Assembly: GCA_002269645.1 (NCBI GenBank)
Contig: NIVC01004365.1
Coordinates: forward strand, 1 to 48,412
Direction of reading: 5' to 3'
DNA length: 48,412 bases
From: Macrostomum lignano
Lineage: Eukaryota
Part shown: piece by piece, positions 47,622 through 48,412 of the stretch
Numbering within the stretch: the stretch's first letter is position 1
Layout: every line of letters begins with the position of its first letter
The notes under the pieces: generated by a model
Seen by the model: the letters and a program-made list of their open reading frames with translations, nothing else
What the model was told of the DNA's origin: nothing
Databases searched by the model: none
Position numbers and translations under genes: made by a program

Positions 47622-47877
47622 TCTGTAGCCTACTGGGCATTCACTGTGTACACTGAACCCTATCACTTCACCGCGGCCCGCCACCCCTGGCCCCAACACG
47701 GGTTATTTGAATTGAATAGTGTCAGAAAATTTAAAGAAAGATTTTTCTTGAATGCTGTGCTTTTTGTTTTCATGATTAAAGCAAGAAACTTATACCCCGA
47801 ACTCAGCGTTGCAAGCTCTTTCCAGCAATATAAGTCTCTTCTCTTAAAGTTTAAAACTCGTGGAACAGTTGCCGTTT
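47622..47877 (+). repeat. Direct repeat copy 2 (matches 38347-38611), start of the unit-type 5'-half modules running to the window end
   Basis: Direct sequence match; 47980-48412 matches the post-TTAGGG modules of the tandem units (TTGCGCAA...GAGTACAATTTTTGCAGAAAG...GAACTCAGCGTTGCAAGATCT...GAGTGTACGTTCACTGCCTGC). Confidence 0.85.
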
Positions 47878-48412
47878 CTAATTTCCCAATTTCCCGACTG
47901 CTTGCCTGAGAGGCTCGCAATTTTGTACATTGAATTTCACTGCCAAGCTAATACACAGGCGATAATAAAAAAGTGAACCAATTGAATCAATTGATTGCGC
48001 AATATATTTCTGTGTTAGTCAGTATAAGTCTCAGTTAAAGTTAACAAAAAGTTTGCGCAATCTAATCAACCTCCAATACAAAGCAACTGACCCCTTCCTA
48101 TACACAGCGCCAGTTAGAAGTCGAAACCCCAACTTTATCTATTACGTCTCGCAAAACTGAGTACAATTTTTGCAGAAAGTTTAAAGTATGGAAATGGTTT
48201 TTTTTAATGCTGTGCTTTTTCTTTTTATATTTAAAGCATACAACTTATATCCCGAACTCAGCGTTGCAAGATCTTTCCAGCAATATAAGTCTCTCCTCTC
48301 AAAGTTTAAAACTCGAGCAACAGTTTTGCGTTTGAAACTGTCTGATTTATAGCATTGAAGTATGGAGTGTACGTTCACTGCCTGCTTGCAAGTTGATGCA
48401 TTGAATTTTTAA

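Larger units (their letters stand above)
36169..48412 (-). mobile_element. Putative autonomous Helitron sharing termini with the array units (5' end predicted just beyond the window)
   Basis: 3' side: hairpin 36178-36194, CTCG ending at 36169, CT block and subrepeats to about 36985. 5' side: degenerate TTAGGG cassette at 47571 and the unit's 5'-half modules 47622-48412. RepHel gene lies in between. Confidence 0.55.

Overview
Eukaryotic, repeat-dominated DNA. It looks metazoan (TTAGGG motifs, spliceosomal introns), but the species cannot be identified from the window. No conventional host gene is recognisable. Three elements explain most of it. (1) 4787-36168 is a head-to-tail array of nine 1.3-2.8 kb minus-strand units that look like non-autonomous Helitrons: a TC/TATATAC-(TGTC)n 5' end, and a 7-bp GC hairpin plus CTCG as 3' end fused directly to the next 5' end. 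Each unit carries a short (TTAGGG)3-5 cassette and 30/21-bp subrepeats, and seven of the nine carry a CT-rich block. Six units form an ABC-ABC higher-order repeat of about 7.28 kb. (2) A very young 11.5-kb Ty3/Gypsy retrotransposon (6778-18314) is inserted in the first unit, with 2.2-kb LTRs, GTTT TSD, tRNA-Leu PBS and PPT. Its gag-pol has RT, RNase H and integrase but no visible aspartic protease or zinc knuckle. (3) A roughly 1550-aa, 10-exon Helitron RepHel gene (40865-47216, minus) sits inside a further copy of the same unit termini, so the array may be made of deletion derivatives of this autonomous element. Downstream of RepHel lie two decayed copies of its own helicase 3' region and a coiled-coil cargo ORF. 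Single-base indels in both TE ORFs, mostly in short homopolymers, are probably long-read consensus errors. All comparisons were made by eye.
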